DNA from: a virus
Taxonomy: Duplodnaviria; Caudoviricetes
Strand: one strand, 5' to 3'
IMG/VR virus record: IMGVR_UViG_3300042923_000252
Coordinates: 1 to 55,621 of that record
Length of the DNA stretch: 55,621 bases
Below the pieces are notes generated by a model, which ran no database searches, was not told the DNA's origin, and saw only the letters and a program-made list of their open reading frames with translations. The position numbers and the translations under genes were made by a program. This document shows, piece by piece, positions 55,169-55,621 of the stretch (position 1 is the stretch's first letter; every line of letters starts with the position of its first letter).

Positions 55169-55181
55169 GTCTCGATTCAAC
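55169..55181 (-). promoter_or_regulatory. 13-bp operator at the probable early promoter
   Basis: GTTGAATCGAGAC about 470 bp upstream of the first early gene. Confidence 0.75.
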
Positions 55182-55198
55182 CCCGTGGGCAGACTTCT

Positions 55199-55569
55199 TT
55201 CATTCATTCATGAGGGGAGTGCAGGGGCCGGCCCCGACGGCGGTCGACCTAGGGTCCTGGCTAGGTACATAGGAACGTGCACGCGTATAGCGCACTGTTA
55301 GACCTATGTCAACAGGTGTTAGGTGTGCAGTAGGACACACGCCTACTCAGGGGTTCATGGGCCCGGATGGACACGGCTACACAGCCGGCCTGACAGAGAC
55401 GACAGCAGGAGCCGGCGTCGACCTCCCCTCCCTAGGCCGGCCCGTCCCTCGCTCCCCTAGGCGCCTTCCTATTCGCATTGTCATGAATGAATGTAGGCAT
55501 TCCTAGCCGGCTAAGCCTGAATGCTCGAATGCTATTGCCTGACACCCTCGCTCGTTTATTCATTCATTC
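55199..55569. repeat. (GAAT)n/(ATTC)n boxes (55199-55209, 55485-55493, 55558-55569)
   Basis: Read directly; mirror the boxes at 164-415. Confidence 0.8.
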
Positions 55570-55621
55570 ATACGTGCACACACATACATGGGGTAATGCG
55601 TTAGAAAGACCCACGAGGACC

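Noticed and set aside
55284-55312. Minus-strand sigma-70 promoter TTGACA-N17-TATACG
   Set aside because: The -10 box lacks the conserved final T; plausible but not supportable without TSS data.
1-55621. Terminal inverted repeats/telomeres of a linear phage-plasmid
   Set aside because: The two ends are not inverted or direct repeats of each other, and no terminal protein, protelomerase or Par genes were seen.

Overview
The window looks like an essentially complete (or circularly permuted) genome of a temperate actinobacterial siphovirus, most likely infecting Streptomyces, built on an L5/R4-like gene set. From left to right: a hairpin-rich non-coding end; an XRE(DUF5753)/DUF397 cassette; a large serine integrase; a leftward nucleotide-metabolism/replication arm (SLOG, dCMP deaminase, PolA, ThyX, lytic transglycosylase, class II RNR plus HNH, sigma-like HTH, exonuclease, dNTP diphosphohydrolase, split primase, EndoVII, DnaB-like ATPase, Cas4/RecB-like nuclease, repressor); a control region at about 24.8-25.4 kb; a rightward late operon (HNH, one tRNA(CAT) plus tRNA-like RNAs, terminase, portal, scaffold, capsid, tail, tape measure, double beta-helix tailspike, endolysin, holins); and a second leftward block of early genes (DUF3987 ATPase, Lsr2-like fragment, small ORFs) under a long structured leader. 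The most notable non-gene signals are: (i) about 25 copies of an asymmetric 13-bp operator GTTGAWWCGAGAC, all oriented with transcription; (ii) tRNA-shaped RNAs lacking a normal anticodon arm; (iii) a 66-bp promoter-like module present twice with identical internal spacing, each copy followed by hairpins with YYTGAA-type loops; (iv) repeated structured RNA elements coupled to operators in the early block; (v) (GAAT)3 boxes at both window ends. All product calls come from motif recognition by eye; no searches were run.
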